DNA of 64,000 nt from an uncultured Chthonomonadaceae bacterium (GCA_963835065.1 CAWIEK010000044.1:502339-566338), one strand, 5' to 3'; counted from the stretch's first letter, positions 10,306-20,582 are shown. Notes: generated by a model not told the origin, from the sequence alone. Numbers and translations are program-made.

Positions 10306-10782
10306 CTTCTTTTCTCCCTGCGCGGTTTCTGGCGTGGAGGTGACGGGTTCCGGGTGGCCCTGGTGGCACATGTAGCAGGTGGCGCGTCCATTGAGCGATT
10401 TCTGATGCGCGTTGAGGTCGTTGACCACGCCGATCATCTGGCGCGCGACGGCTTTCATCGGAACGTCGTCTTTGTCCCAGGCGTTATGCTCGGCGTTGAC
10501 AACGTGGCAGAAGTCGCACTTCACATTCAGCGCGGCGTTGTACTCGTGCATTTTAGGGATCAACTGCTCGGCAGGCAGGTTCTTCAGCACTTTGATGTTC
10601 TTGAACTTCTGCGCCGCCGTTGGCTTCGCGGGCGCAGCGTCGCGTTTTGCCTCCGGTTTCACGTCCGGTTTTGTATCCGGCTTCTTGTCCTGCGCCACCG
10701 CCAGCGCTCCCAGCCCAATCACCGGCAACACCAGCAGCAGGCTGCCCCCCGCGATTTTCGATTTTCGATTTTCGATTGCCAT
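10303..10782 (-). CDS. Exported dihaem c-type cytochrome (similar to the reaction-centre cytochrome c subunit N-terminal family)
   Basis: Signal peptide, FKNIKVL, two CxxCH motifs (CDFCH, CYMCH); RBS GGAGGAGG. Confidence 0.8.
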   Translation of the reverse strand: MAIENRKSKIAGGSLLLVLPVIGLGALAVAQDKKPDTKPDVKPEAKRDAAPAKPTAAQKFKNIKVLKNLPAEQLIPKMHEYNAALNVKCDFCHVVNAEHNAWDKDDVPMKAVARQMIGVVNDLNAHQKSLNGRATCYMCHQGHPEPVTSTPETAQGEKK

Positions 10783-10884
10783 CATGTTCCTCCTCCTGAA
10801 AGCCAAAGAGTGTTCTCTCCATTGCCCTCTCATCTAATCTCTAATCTCTAATATCTCTCCCTCCTCCCTTATCCCTTACCCTTC

Positions 10885-13800
10885 CTAATGTATATCCACT
10901 TCCAGCCTGTCCCCGGCGGTCAGGGTCAGGGGCGAATCGAAGGCCAACGTCACGAAACCTTCTTTGTCCAAAATGCTGCGCGCGCCGATGGGCTTTGTAC
11001 CGACGCTGACGTGGGCGGTGAACTCGGAAGGCAGCGCGTTGTTGGCGCGGCGGGGTGGCCCCTGAACTCGCAGTGAGTTGAGCGTCAGTTCGGCGCGATT
11101 GCGCAACGCTTGGGGTGTGGGCGAAGCGACAAACCCGATCAGGCGATCCAGCCGAAACGTAGTGACGCCGCCATGCGCCGATGGACGATACTCCATGCGC
11201 CCCCAAAACGTCGGCGCAAACACGGGCGCGATGAAACTGCGCCATGTGCCCGGAATGTTAGGCGCAAGCGTCATGCGCCCCGCATTGAGGTCTAAGGCAA
11301 ACCCTTGCAGCGCATACAGCCCGTTCCAGTCGGAAGCTGTTGCTAAAGTTGATAGTTGATAGTTGATAGTTGATGTGTTGCGGGCGTCGTCGAGGCGGTG
11401 CAGCAGGCTGACGCCAGCTTCGGGCTGATCCTGCCAGATATTTAGGATGGCGTCTGAGAGCAGGGACGCGGGTAACAGGCAGGCCGTCGCGGTTGGGCCG
11501 GGCGGGAAGGTTCCATCGGCGCGGATTTGCCGGGGCGGCAGCAGAGTAGTGGCGGGGGGAGAGTCGTTGCGCTGCTGGAGGCTTTGCGCCGCGCGCGCCA
11601 GATGCGCGGCGGGCAGCAAAGGCCCTAAATCCAGTTGGTACGCCAGCCATTGGCCCCACAGTTGATCCGTCGCGCAAATGTCGCCGGGCAGAACGGCGTG
11701 TTGGCGCTCGGAAGCCGTTTCGGGCGCGGCATTGTCGGCGTAAAATTCGCCGTTCCAGTACCGCGCTTCCAGCCGCGCGCTTCCCGTTTTGAAAGCATCC
11801 GCGCACTCTTGCGCCAATCCGTTGTCCCCTTCCATTGCCGCCAGAACCTGCCCCGCCCGCATTGCGGCAAGCCACAGAGACAAGGATGAAGGATGAAGGA
11901 TGAAGGATGAAGAGGATTGCCGATTGCCGATTGCACGATTGCACGATTGAGGTGCTTCTGTTCCCTGTTCCCTGTTCCCTGTTCCCTCCAATTCGTCCTT
12001 CATCCTTCCGCCTTCATCCTTGAGCGCGAGCAGGGCGCGGCGGAGGGTGGGGTAATGCTCTTTTAGAAAATCGGTGTCGCCTGTCCATAGCGCGAACTGC
12101 GTCCATTGCAGGACATACGCCGAAGTGGAATCGAGGGGCGATAGGGCGGGCGGGGCGGGGGTGGGAACAGGCGTTTGTGGCAATGAGACAGCCGGGGGTT
12201 GTCTTGGTGGCGTAAGCGGAGTTTTGGGAAGCCCGGGGGAACTTTTAGGGCGGGCATTGTCGGCGGGTTTGGATTGGGACGCGCTGCCGGTTTTTTGTAC
12301 GCTCGTCGGGTTGGGGGCAAGCGTGGAAAGCAGCGTGTCCGCAGTTGGGATCAAGGGCGCGCGGGACGGTTTGGGCGGGCCGAGGCGGTTGGCCCAATCA
12401 GCGCTTGCGGGCGCGGCCACAAACCCGCGCTTGTCCTGCGTACCCGCAAGTTGATCCAGTTCCTGCGCGGCCAGGGAGGGAAACAGCGCCAGCAACAGCC
12501 CGTCCGCCGTTTGATGCGCCCGCGTTTCGTCGCGTTCGGTCTGCCGGTCGCTTTCCGAGGGAAGGGAAGTGGAGGCGAGGGGGGAGGCTTTGTCGTTCAA
12601 AACGGGTTTTGGGTTTTCAGCCCGCAAAGCCGCGTTGCCGCTTACAGGCATCAGAGCGGGGGATGTATTTCCCGCTGTCAGGGGCGCGTTTGTGTTTCCT
12701 ACCGTGCCCAAAAAGGCGAAGCGGCCATCGCGGGTATGAATGGTGTTGGCGGTCAGGGGCGCGGCGGCATTGATGATTCGGCGGGCTTCCCAGACAGGCA
12801 GATTGGAAAACGTCAGCCGCTTTTGCCACTCCTCCGTTAGTCCGTACAAACTGCGCCAATCCTCCAACAGCTGCCGGGCGGCATCCTGCGCGCCCGCAAA
12901 CGGAACCTCATAGTAATGCCCCACATCCTCGCCTTGCGGCGTTTTCAGATGCTTGACGTACCAACTGACGGCAAAAGGTATTTCGGTTGCTTCGCCCGGT
13001 TTGAGCGTCAGGCGCACCGCGATCACGGCGGCGGGCCGCGACGCGCTCAGAGTCATGCCGGGCGCGGAATTGGGTACGCTGCCGTCCTGCGCGAACTGCG
13101 TCCACCAGGCGGGCTGCGTGGTTTGCGCATCCCACAGGGCGGCTGTGACCGTCGCTTGAGCGCGCGCGGGGTAGGCCAGCAGCGTCATTTCGGCCTCGGG
13201 ATCATTGCCCGTAAACTTCGCGCCAAAAAAGCCTTCCTCACTCGGAATAATCGCCGCCGTTCCCTTACGGCTTTCCCCTGCGGGCAATAAACTCTCCCAG
13301 GAAAGCGCCACGCTGACTTCCATAATCGCCGCGCTTGGATTCTTCACGCGCATCACCATCGCCGCGCCGGGAAAAGAGGAGTTTTTCAGATCGAACGGAA
13401 CCAGGGGTGAAAACGCAAGCAGGGAAACCGAAACCGGCAGCGCGGGATCGGGAAAGGTGAGACGCGCTTGGGGAAACAGCCCGTCGTAATCCAGTGTTGC
13501 GATTGTCGGCAGGAAATACGCTTTATTGAGCGTCAACGCCCGCGCTGTTTTGCGCCCATTTACCTGCGTCCAGACCGCGCCGAAGCAGCCGGGCGCGTCA
13601 CTTCCGGGATGCAGCCAGTTGTTGGCAACGGTAGCGCGCGACACCGTGCCGTCGGTCAGCAGTTGAAACGTGCCGGCCCCGATGCCTCCCAATGGCACGC
13701 CGGAGTTCAGGCGTTGGGAGTGGATAATACCGGGGTTGAGGGTTGAGGGACTTTCGATTTTGGATTTTGGATTTTGGATTTTGGATTGTGTTTGTCCGGC

Positions 13801-13896
13801 TTTCGCTTTTTCCTGAGTTGCCTGGGGCCGGACAGGAGTTGCCGCGCTGCCAGGCAACGCGCAGGCGGTTAGGAGCATTGGGAGAACAGTCTTCAT
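10885..13896 (-). CDS. GH116 / GBA2-like glycoside hydrolase homologue, exported, with repeat-derived insertions
   Basis: SGVPLGGIGAG, AFSPLVP, SSFP, LWLAAM, YWNGEFY, DQLWGQW; start taken at MKTVLPMLL. Confidence 0.75.
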   Translation of the reverse strand: MKTVLPMLLTACALPGSAATPVRPQATQEKAKAGQTQSKIQNPKSKIESPSTLNPGIIHSQRLNSGVPLGGIGAGTFQLLTDGTVSRATVANNWLHPGSDAPGCFGAVWTQVNGRKTARALTLNKAYFLPTIATLDYDGLFPQARLTFPDPALPVSVSLLAFSPLVPFDLKNSSFPGAAMVMRVKNPSAAIMEVSVALSWESLLPAGESRKGTAAIIPSEEGFFGAKFTGNDPEAEMTLLAYPARAQATVTAALWDAQTTQPAWWTQFAQDGSVPNSAPGMTLSASRPAAVIAVRLTLKPGEATEIPFAVSWYVKHLKTPQGEDVGHYYEVPFAGAQDAARQLLEDWRSLYGLTEEWQKRLTFSNLPVWEARRIINAAAPLTANTIHTRDGRFAFLGTVGNTNAPLTAGNTSPALMPVSGNAALRAENPKPVLNDKASPLASTSLPSESDRQTERDETRAHQTADGLLLALFPSLAAQELDQLAGTQDKRGFVAAPASADWANRLGPPKPSRAPLIPTADTLLSTLAPNPTSVQKTGSASQSKPADNARPKSSPGLPKTPLTPPRQPPAVSLPQTPVPTPAPPALSPLDSTSAYVLQWTQFALWTGDTDFLKEHYPTLRRALLALKDEGGRMKDELEGTGNREQGTEAPQSCNRAIGNRQSSSSFILHPSSLSLWLAAMRAGQVLAAMEGDNGLAQECADAFKTGSARLEARYWNGEFYADNAAPETASERQHAVLPGDICATDQLWGQWLAYQLDLGPLLPAAHLARAAQSLQQRNDSPPATTLLPPRQIRADGTFPPGPTATACLLPASLLSDAILNIWQDQPEAGVSLLHRLDDARNTSTINYQLSTLATASDWNGLYALQGFALDLNAGRMTLAPNIPGTWRSFIAPVFAPTFWGRMEYRPSAHGGVTTFRLDRLIGFVASPTPQALRNRAELTLNSLRVQGPPRRANNALPSEFTAHVSVGTKPIGARSILDKEGFVTLAFDSPLTLTAGDRLEVDIH

Positions 13897-14312
13897 GCGC
13901 TTCGCGCGCCTTAGAGCCTGAACATACCGGCCGCATTGTCCGAATACCGAATACCGAACACCGAACACCGGCATTTTCAGGACAGGATGAATGCGCAAAT
14001 AAGCAGGCGTTCTGCGACTCGGCGGGTAAGCGATTGATGGAAAATAATGGTTGATTGGTTTCACGCTTTGGTGTTCTCCTCCCGGCTTGCAGAATCCTGC
14101 CGGGAATTGAAAACGCCCATTCCAACGATTGAAAATCCCCGGCATCTTGCTCCGCAAATATACGTACAGAAGCCTTTCCTCCTTGCCGACAATCAAAACG
14201 ACAACCTTGTGATTGGTTTCGCGTTGCCGGGAAACGGCCAAAAGTCCGCGTCCTCCCAACACCGAACACCGAACACCGAATACCCACTCCATCAGAAAGG
14301 AGGTAAACCCCT

Positions 14313-16658
14313 ATGGTATCATCCACTGCCCTGCTGCCCGCGCTTCCCGCCTGTGCAAGCCAGGACGGAAATTCACCTTCCAGCAGTCTTGATGTGGGCC
14401 GGGACCCGGAAAACGCGCTTTCTTTCGCATCCCGACTGGATCAGCGCCTGTCGCGGCCTGCGCCCTCCAATAACGCGAACCGGCCTCAATTGCGCCGGTC
14501 CGATACCCAACCGGCTGTGCAGGAAGCCTCGTCTGACGATGACAGTTCCACGTCACAGCCCGCGCAGACAGCCGATGCCGCGTCTGAGTCTACAAACGTG
14601 AATGCGGCAGACGACAACGCAGAGGGTAAGGACAAAGCGGATGCGGCAGAAAAGCCGACTGCCGCGCCAACACCCAATCTCACGCCAACGCCGCAGTCAA
14701 CGTCGGACGCGCTTGCTTCACCGGCTTTTCTCGCCGCCGTTGCGAATGTGGTTCCGATTCCTGCTGTGCCCGTCGTTCCATCCGCGCAGCCGACAACTGC
14801 AACTGCCGTGACTGCTAATCTCGCGCCGATTGTGCCTGCCGTTGACAACAACGCTGCCGCCCAAATAAATAACGCGAACCCGGCACTAACAGCGCAGAGC
14901 GCGGCTAACACCGTACCCTCCGCGCCAACAATCCCCTCTATTATCCCCGCCGTTTCTATGGACTCGCGCGTTCCTGTTTTCAATGGGACGCCGGGAGTAG
15001 ACAACGCCGCTCCAATTCCCGCCCTTCTGCCTGCGGCGACAGCAAACGCCGCCGCTGCCGCGAGCCTCAACATTGCCACAACAGCGCCGCTTCCTCTGCC
15101 GTCCGGGACGAATGGGAACAGTGCCGCAACACTAGCGAACGCAGCGCCAAACAGCGCAGCGCCAAATAGCATTACGCCAGGTACGTCAGCCAGCACAACG
15201 TCAGCCGGCGCGGCATCTACACTTCAAACGGTCACAACTCCGTCGCAGAACAGCCCTGCGGTTGTGAACCCTGAGAACAGTTTAAGAGCAGCCCTCGGCG
15301 CGGCGGCTGACATGGCAACAATCGGCACGACGCTGCCGGTTCAAAATCCGCCGGCCAACAGTACGCCGTCAGGAGTTACGACTTCCTCAGCCGTTGTAAA
15401 TCCTGTTGGAACCGCGCGAACGGGCGTAACAGCAACACTGGAACCGCAGCCTGCCGAAACGGCGCTCCAGCCGGGAACCTCGGAACGAGCAAATACGCCA
15501 GCCGTCCTGCCTGCCAAACAGCATCTGGACGGCATCGAACGCCTGCTCACATTAAGCAACGCAAAATCAACACCGTCTCCGCTCGGCGTTGAACTCGGCG
15601 CGAAGGCAGACGCAAGCGCCGCCACTTTCGCCAACGGTGGGCAGAACGCTGCCGCCCTGCCGACAAGCGCGAACACGGCGTTGGCAAATACGACGGCATT
15701 GAAACCGGGCGTTCCTGTACCCGCAAGCGCGCTGCCTTCGGGAACTTCCGCTTCCGCAACTCCCGCCTCCGCTGTGGGAACAACTGCGCCACAAACCGCA
15801 GTTCCAATCGTGACCGCTTCCACCGGGTTCGACGGGACGAGCAAGCCGAGCGCGATTGCAGCCGCGCTGCATGGATTGACCGGTACGTCCGAACAGGATC
15901 GCTTGTCGCCCTCTTCCTCTGCCGGCATCAATGGCGGCGGTATTGGAACGGCAGGCGAAAATGCTGCTCTGCTCCATGCGCAGGCATCGGCGTTTGCGGG
16001 AGATGGTTCCGGGGAACAAGGGCAGGAGGAAGCGCAGCCGCAGTCCGAGGAGCAGAATTCCGCATCGGGAACCGGGACGGCAAATACGGCGGCTACGGGT
16101 GGGGCTTCTGCCTTCGCCCTCGCGCGCGCTCAGGACGATACTACCGTAACGGCGCAAGCGGCGACTTCCGCTTCGAGCAGCCAGGCGGAACGCGCGCATG
16201 TCGTGGAGCAAGTCACGCGCCACCTTGAAAGCATGCGCCTGACGAACGGGGGCGGCGAAATGCGCCTGCGCTTAAACCCGCATAATCTGGGCAGCGTACA
16301 GGTGACGATAACAACGCATCAGGATGGCGTGATCGCGCGCATCGCCGTTGAATCCGCCCAGGTGCAGCAAGCCATGGAACACGCGAAGGCGGATTTGCGC
16401 GCCAGCCTGGAAACGCGCGGCCTGCGCGTTCAATCGGTTGAAGTCACCGTCTCGCCCAGCCTGCAAGGCGACAATTCCGCCGCGTTTTCCGGGCAGCGCA
16501 ACTGGCAGCCCGCCCAAACGCACGACAGCGCCCAATGGCAGCCCGGTGGCTATGGAAGGCGACCCGCCCCGTCCGCCGAAGCCCTTCCTGCCGTTGCTTC
16601 CGCAGCCATCACACCACGCGCAAGCCTGTCCGACGCGCGATTGGATTGCCGCGTTTAG
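14313..16658 (+). CDS. fliK: Flagellar hook-length control protein
   Basis: Long A/P/T/S-rich region, C-terminal MRLRLNPHNLGSVQV domain and LDCRV end; lies upstream of flgD. Confidence 0.85.
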   Translation: MVSSTALLPALPACASQDGNSPSSSLDVGRDPENALSFASRLDQRLSRPAPSNNANRPQLRRSDTQPAVQEASSDDDSSTSQPAQTADAASESTNVNAADDNAEGKDKADAAEKPTAAPTPNLTPTPQSTSDALASPAFLAAVANVVPIPAVPVVPSAQPTTATAVTANLAPIVPAVDNNAAAQINNANPALTAQSAANTVPSAPTIPSIIPAVSMDSRVPVFNGTPGVDNAAPIPALLPAATANAAAAASLNIATTAPLPLPSGTNGNSAATLANAAPNSAAPNSITPGTSASTTSAGAASTLQTVTTPSQNSPAVVNPENSLRAALGAAADMATIGTTLPVQNPPANSTPSGVTTSSAVVNPVGTARTGVTATLEPQPAETALQPGTSERANTPAVLPAKQHLDGIERLLTLSNAKSTPSPLGVELGAKADASAATFANGGQNAAALPTSANTALANTTALKPGVPVPASALPSGTSASATPASAVGTTAPQTAVPIVTASTGFDGTSKPSAIAAALHGLTGTSEQDRLSPSSSAGINGGGIGTAGENAALLHAQASAFAGDGSGEQGQEEAQPQSEEQNSASGTGTANTAATGGASAFALARAQDDTTVTAQAATSASSSQAERAHVVEQVTRHLESMRLTNGGGEMRLRLNPHNLGSVQVTITTHQDGVIARIAVESAQVQQAMEHAKADLRASLETRGLRVQSVEVTVSPSLQGDNSAAFSGQRNWQPAQTHDSAQWQPGGYGRRPAPSAEALPAVASAAITPRASLSDARLDCRV

Positions 16659-16783
16659 GGAAGATATTAGGCATTAGGCATTAGGCATTAGGGAAGAAGA
16701 CCGAAGACACTAGGCAGAAGATACAAGCCGAATACCTGAATACCGAATACCAAACACCGAGTTTTCAGAAAGAACACGAACCC

Positions 16784-17200
16784 ATGTCCATCCATTCCAT
16801 TGCTTCCACGCGGGATGCGAGTTCCGCTATTAACGGCGGTCTGTCCGCGCAGCAAACGCAAAATGCCTTGAATCAGGCGGACTTTCTCAAGCTGATGACC
16901 ACGCAATTGAGCAATCAAGACCCGACCAACCCGCAGGATCAATCGCAATTTTTGGCGCAGCTCGCCCAATTTTCCACCGTTCAGGGCGTGGATAACCTGC
17001 AAAACAGCCAAACCCAATCGCAGGCGGCGCAGTTGCTCGGCAAAACCGTTCATGGCTCCATCGTTCAGTCCGGTGTCAACCAGGACATTAGCGGGGCCGT
17101 CACGTCCGTGCGCTGGGATAGCGATGGCGTTCATCTCACTCTCGACGACGCCAATCATACGACCATGCTGCTGAGTCAGGTGACTCAGGTAGACAAATAA
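16784..17200 (+). CDS. flgD: Flagellar hook capping protein
   Basis: DFLKLMTTQLSNQDPTNP...FLAQLAQFS. Confidence 0.95.
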   Translation: MSIHSIASTRDASSAINGGLSAQQTQNALNQADFLKLMTTQLSNQDPTNPQDQSQFLAQLAQFSTVQGVDNLQNSQTQSQAAQLLGKTVHGSIVQSGVNQDISGAVTSVRWDSDGVHLTLDDANHTTMLLSQVTQVDK

Positions 17201-17235
17201 AATAGAGAACTAACCGGCAGATAAAGGTGGCTTGC

Positions 17236-17694
17236 ATGCCCGATCCAACACGCATCACAAACGCGCTTATAACGCCGCAGACCAACCCCGTTGACTCGGC
17301 GGAACGCGCCACCCGTCCGCCGGAAACGGGCAAGCAGATAAATACAGTTCCCGGCGCTGCGTCTCCGTCATTTTCCGAATTACTGCGGACGCGGCAAGGG
17401 ATTGCTTCCGGCGATTCGAGCCTGCCTGCTGCTGACGCGGGCGCAGTCCGCTTTTCCGCCCATGCGCAGACTCGGCTTCAATCGCGCCAGATTGAAATGC
17501 AGCCCGGCCACATCGCCCGCCTGCAATCGGCAGTCGGACGCGCGGCGGCCAAAGGCAGCAAAGACGCGCTCGTTCTCATGGACGACATGGCGCTCGTCGT
17601 CAGCGTCAAAAATCGCACCGTCGTTACGGTGGTGGACAAAGACACTCTCAAGCAGAACGTGTTCACCAACATTGACAGCGCGGTAATCGCGTGA
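17236..17694 (+). CDS. TIGR02530-like flagellar operon protein
   Basis: FSAHAQTRLQSR, LVVSVKNRTVVTV, NVFTNIDSAVI; position between flgD and flgE. Confidence 0.9.
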   Translation: MPDPTRITNALITPQTNPVDSAERATRPPETGKQINTVPGAASPSFSELLRTRQGIASGDSSLPAADAGAVRFSAHAQTRLQSRQIEMQPGHIARLQSAVGRAAAKGSKDALVLMDDMALVVSVKNRTVVTVVDKDTLKQNVFTNIDSAVIA

Positions 17695-17799
17695 GTAGGG
17701 AGTAGGGAGTAGGAATTGATCCAAGTCTTTTTCTGCATACATAAACAAACGTAGCATTATAGGCTTTTCCTACTGCCTACTGCCTACTCCCTACTCTTC

Positions 17800-17868
17800 C
17801 AGGCTGGTCCGTACCTTTTCGGGATCGGGAGCCTGCCCCGCTTTCTCTGATTGACTGAGGAGAGGGCG
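17800..17868 (+). promoter_or_regulatory. Candidate structured RNA leader of flgE (two hairpins)
   Basis: CAGGCT(17800-05)/AGCCTG(17830-35) stem; CGCTTTCTC(17839-47)/GAGAGGGCG(17860-68) stem with loop TGATTGACTGAG. Confidence 0.45.
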
Positions 17869-18015
17869 ACACGTATCTCTTTCGAGCGCCGGGTGTCGGT
17901 CGCGTTTGCGCGGCGGATGGCACTTTTGCCAACACACCTTTTTCCAATAACGCGGCTTGCGCAGACAAGCCCGTTGGGAAAGCAGGCGCTCTCACGGCAT
18001 GGAGGTTTACGGTTC

Positions 18016-19659
18016 ATGTTACAGGCTATGTTTTCGGGCGTCAGCGGCTTGCAGGTGCATCAGACCAAACTCGACGTAATCGGCAACAACATCGCCAACG
18101 TCAACACGGTGGGGTTCAAGGCCGGGCGCGTTTCCTTTGAAGATCAGCTTTCCCAAACGCTGCGCACGTCTACGGCTCCTACCGACAGCGTGGGCGGCCA
18201 AAATCCCGCGCAGGTCGGGCTTGGCGTCGCCCTGGGCGCGGTGGATACGCTGCAAACGCAGGGCAATCTGCAAACAACGGGCAAACTGACCGATATGGCG
18301 ATACAGGGCAATGGCTTTTTCCTTGTCGGCTCCGGCGCGAATGTGTCTTATACCCGCGACGGCTCCTTTGACCTGGACAGCGACGGCGTACTGGTCAACC
18401 CGGCCAACGGCCTGAAACTGCTCGGTTATGTGGCGGACCAGAACGGCGTCATTGACTCCACGCAGCAGATTACCAACGACAGCGTGTTGAAAATCCCGGT
18501 CGGTACGCTCACATCCGTTAAGCAGACCACGCAATCCACCTTTCAGGGCAACCTGGATGCCAGTTCCGCGCTGCAATCCACGCAAACCGCGTTCACGGGC
18601 AATGTCAAAACCGATCCGACAACCATCAGCACCACAGCCTACGATGCGCTGGGCAACGCCCATAGCGTGACGCTGACCCTGAGCGGCAAAACCACGAGCG
18701 GCGGCAATGACACGTGGAGCGCCGCCGCCAATATTGACGGCAGCAACATGACGGGCGGCCCGTACAACGTCGTGTTCAACACTTCGACAGGCGCGTTTGT
18801 CAGCACGACCCTGCCGGCCACCGCAACCGTCACCGGCTCCAACGGCGCGGGCAACTTCACGCTGGGACTCAACGCGGCGGGACTGACGGGGAATGCGGCG
18901 GCAGCGGCAAGCGCGACCGCCAAAACGGACGGACAGACGGGAAGCGCGCCCGTGTGGAACACCTCCATAAAAGTCTACGACAGTCTGGGCGTCAGCCACC
19001 TGCTCAACTTCAAATTCACGCGCAATCTGGTGGGAACCGGAGCGCCCACTTCCGCAGCAGGCCAATGGGCGTGGACGGCAACAGAAGGCGGGCAGCCCAT
19101 AGCGTCCAGCGCATCTGCCGGCAACAGCCCCATGTACTTCGACAGCCAGGGCAACCTGATCAACAAAGCCAAACAGAACCTGACCCTGACGCCGCCCACG
19201 CCCGGAGCCTCGCCCATCAACATGACGGTTGATTTCGGTACGCTGACGCAGCTTGCCGGGGATTCCAGCGTGGCCGCAACGGTACAGGACGGCTTTCCCG
19301 TCGGAACCCTGCAAAGTTTCACCATTTCACCCGAAGGCTTGATTACGGGAATCTTTTCCAACGGCCAGTCGCGCAATCTGGGCCAGGTTGCGGTTGCCAG
19401 TTTCTCCAACCCCGCCGGTTTGGAGAAAATCGGCGGCAACCAGTTCCAGGAGTCGAGCAACTCCGGTCTGGCGCAAGTCGGCCCGGCCAACTCGCAGGGA
19501 CGGGGCAAGATCAACACGGGCTACGTCGAAATGTCCAACGTTGACCTTTCCACCGAGTTCACCAACCTGATCGTCACGCAGCGCGGCTTCCAGGCCAACA
19601 CCAAAATCATCACCACCATTGATGACCTGCTTCAGGATGTGATTAATCTCAAACGGTAG
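18016..19659 (+). CDS. flgE: Flagellar hook protein
   Basis: SGVSGL...DVIGNNIANVNTVGFK N-terminus; EMSNVDLSTEFTNLIVTQRGFQAN C-terminus; RBS GGAGG. Confidence 0.95.
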   Translation: MLQAMFSGVSGLQVHQTKLDVIGNNIANVNTVGFKAGRVSFEDQLSQTLRTSTAPTDSVGGQNPAQVGLGVALGAVDTLQTQGNLQTTGKLTDMAIQGNGFFLVGSGANVSYTRDGSFDLDSDGVLVNPANGLKLLGYVADQNGVIDSTQQITNDSVLKIPVGTLTSVKQTTQSTFQGNLDASSALQSTQTAFTGNVKTDPTTISTTAYDALGNAHSVTLTLSGKTTSGGNDTWSAAANIDGSNMTGGPYNVVFNTSTGAFVSTTLPATATVTGSNGAGNFTLGLNAAGLTGNAAAAASATAKTDGQTGSAPVWNTSIKVYDSLGVSHLLNFKFTRNLVGTGAPTSAAGQWAWTATEGGQPIASSASAGNSPMYFDSQGNLINKAKQNLTLTPPTPGASPINMTVDFGTLTQLAGDSSVAATVQDGFPVGTLQSFTISPEGLITGIFSNGQSRNLGQVAVASFSNPAGLEKIGGNQFQESSNSGLAQVGPANSQGRGKINTGYVEMSNVDLSTEFTNLIVTQRGFQANTKIITTIDDLLQDVINLKR

Positions 19660-19662
19660 GGG

Positions 19663-19769
19663 AGTAGTCAGTAGTCAGTAGTCAGTAGAAATGCCATTCT
19701 ACTCAAAGGCTGGTACACCGGCAGAAGCAGTGAGCAGGATGGCTACTGATCTACTGACTACTGACTACT
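19663..19769. repeat. Palindromic element (AGTAGTC)n ... (GACTACT)n
   Basis: Inverted heptamer arms between flgE and motA. Confidence 0.85.
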
Positions 19770-19793
19770 AGCTTGAAGGAGTGTACGCGAACA

Positions 19794-20582
19794 ATGGATT
19801 TAGCTACCGTTATCGGGCTGCTGGTGGCGTGGGGGGCGCTGGTCGGGTCGCTGCTGATGGAAGGCGGCGATGTCCGCGCCTTGATCAACATTCCCGCCGC
19901 GCTGCTGGTGTTCGGCGGCACGTTCGGCGCGGCGATGGTCAGTTGCCGGTTGAATCAAATCATGGGACTGCCCGACGTTTTGCGCCGCGCTTTCGATGAT
20001 TCGGCGCATGACCCGGCGGAAGTAATTCGCCTGCTGGTGCGGTTTTCGGAACGGGCGCGGCGCGAGGGCCTGCTGGTGCTGGAAGTTGAAGCAAAGCGCG
20101 TGGACGATGCGTTTTTGCAAAAGGGCATACGCCTTGCCATTGATGGAACCGACCCGGAAACGGTGCGCGACATTCTGGAAACCGACCTGCACTTTTTACA
20201 ATCGCGGCACAAGGCCGGGGAAAACATTTTCATCACGCTCGGCGGCTTCGCGCCCACATTGGGCATTATTGGCACGGTCATGGGCCTGATTCACATGCTG
20301 GCGAACCTGAGCGATCCCGGCAAAATGGGGCCGTTGATCGCGGGCGCGTTTATCGCCACGCTGTACGGCGTGTCCAGCGCCAATTTATTGTTCCTGCCGC
20401 TCGCCAATAAACTGAAAGCCCGCTCCCAGGAAGAAGTCACCCTGCGCGAAGTGATGATCGAAGGCATTCTCGCAATCCAGGCGGGCGACAATCCCCGCAT
20501 CGTAGACGAAAAACTCAAATCTTTCCTCGCGCCGCGCCTGCGCGTCATGCAGGCTGGTGTGGGAAATCGGGCGGTTAGTTGA
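19794..20582 (+). CDS. motA: Flagellar stator protein A
   Basis: MDLATVIG, ARREGLL, APTLGIIGTVMGLI, AFIATLYGV. Confidence 0.95.
   Translation: MDLATVIGLLVAWGALVGSLLMEGGDVRALINIPAALLVFGGTFGAAMVSCRLNQIMGLPDVLRRAFDDSAHDPAEVIRLLVRFSERARREGLLVLEVEAKRVDDAFLQKGIRLAIDGTDPETVRDILETDLHFLQSRHKAGENIFITLGGFAPTLGIIGTVMGLIHMLANLSDPGKMGPLIAGAFIATLYGVSSANLLFLPLANKLKARSQEEVTLREVMIEGILAIQAGDNPRIVDEKLKSFLAPRLRVMQAGVGNRAVS

Noticed and set aside
10303..10782. Evidence of phototrophy from the reaction-centre-like cytochrome
   Set aside because: Only two haem motifs and no puf or bch genes nearby; this domain also occurs in non-phototrophs.
13897..14292. N-terminal extensions in the ORF track (GH116-like, flgE, C11, GH57, 47996 ORF)
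   Set aside because: They run through repeats and intergenic DNA; later starts with RBS or signal peptides fit better.
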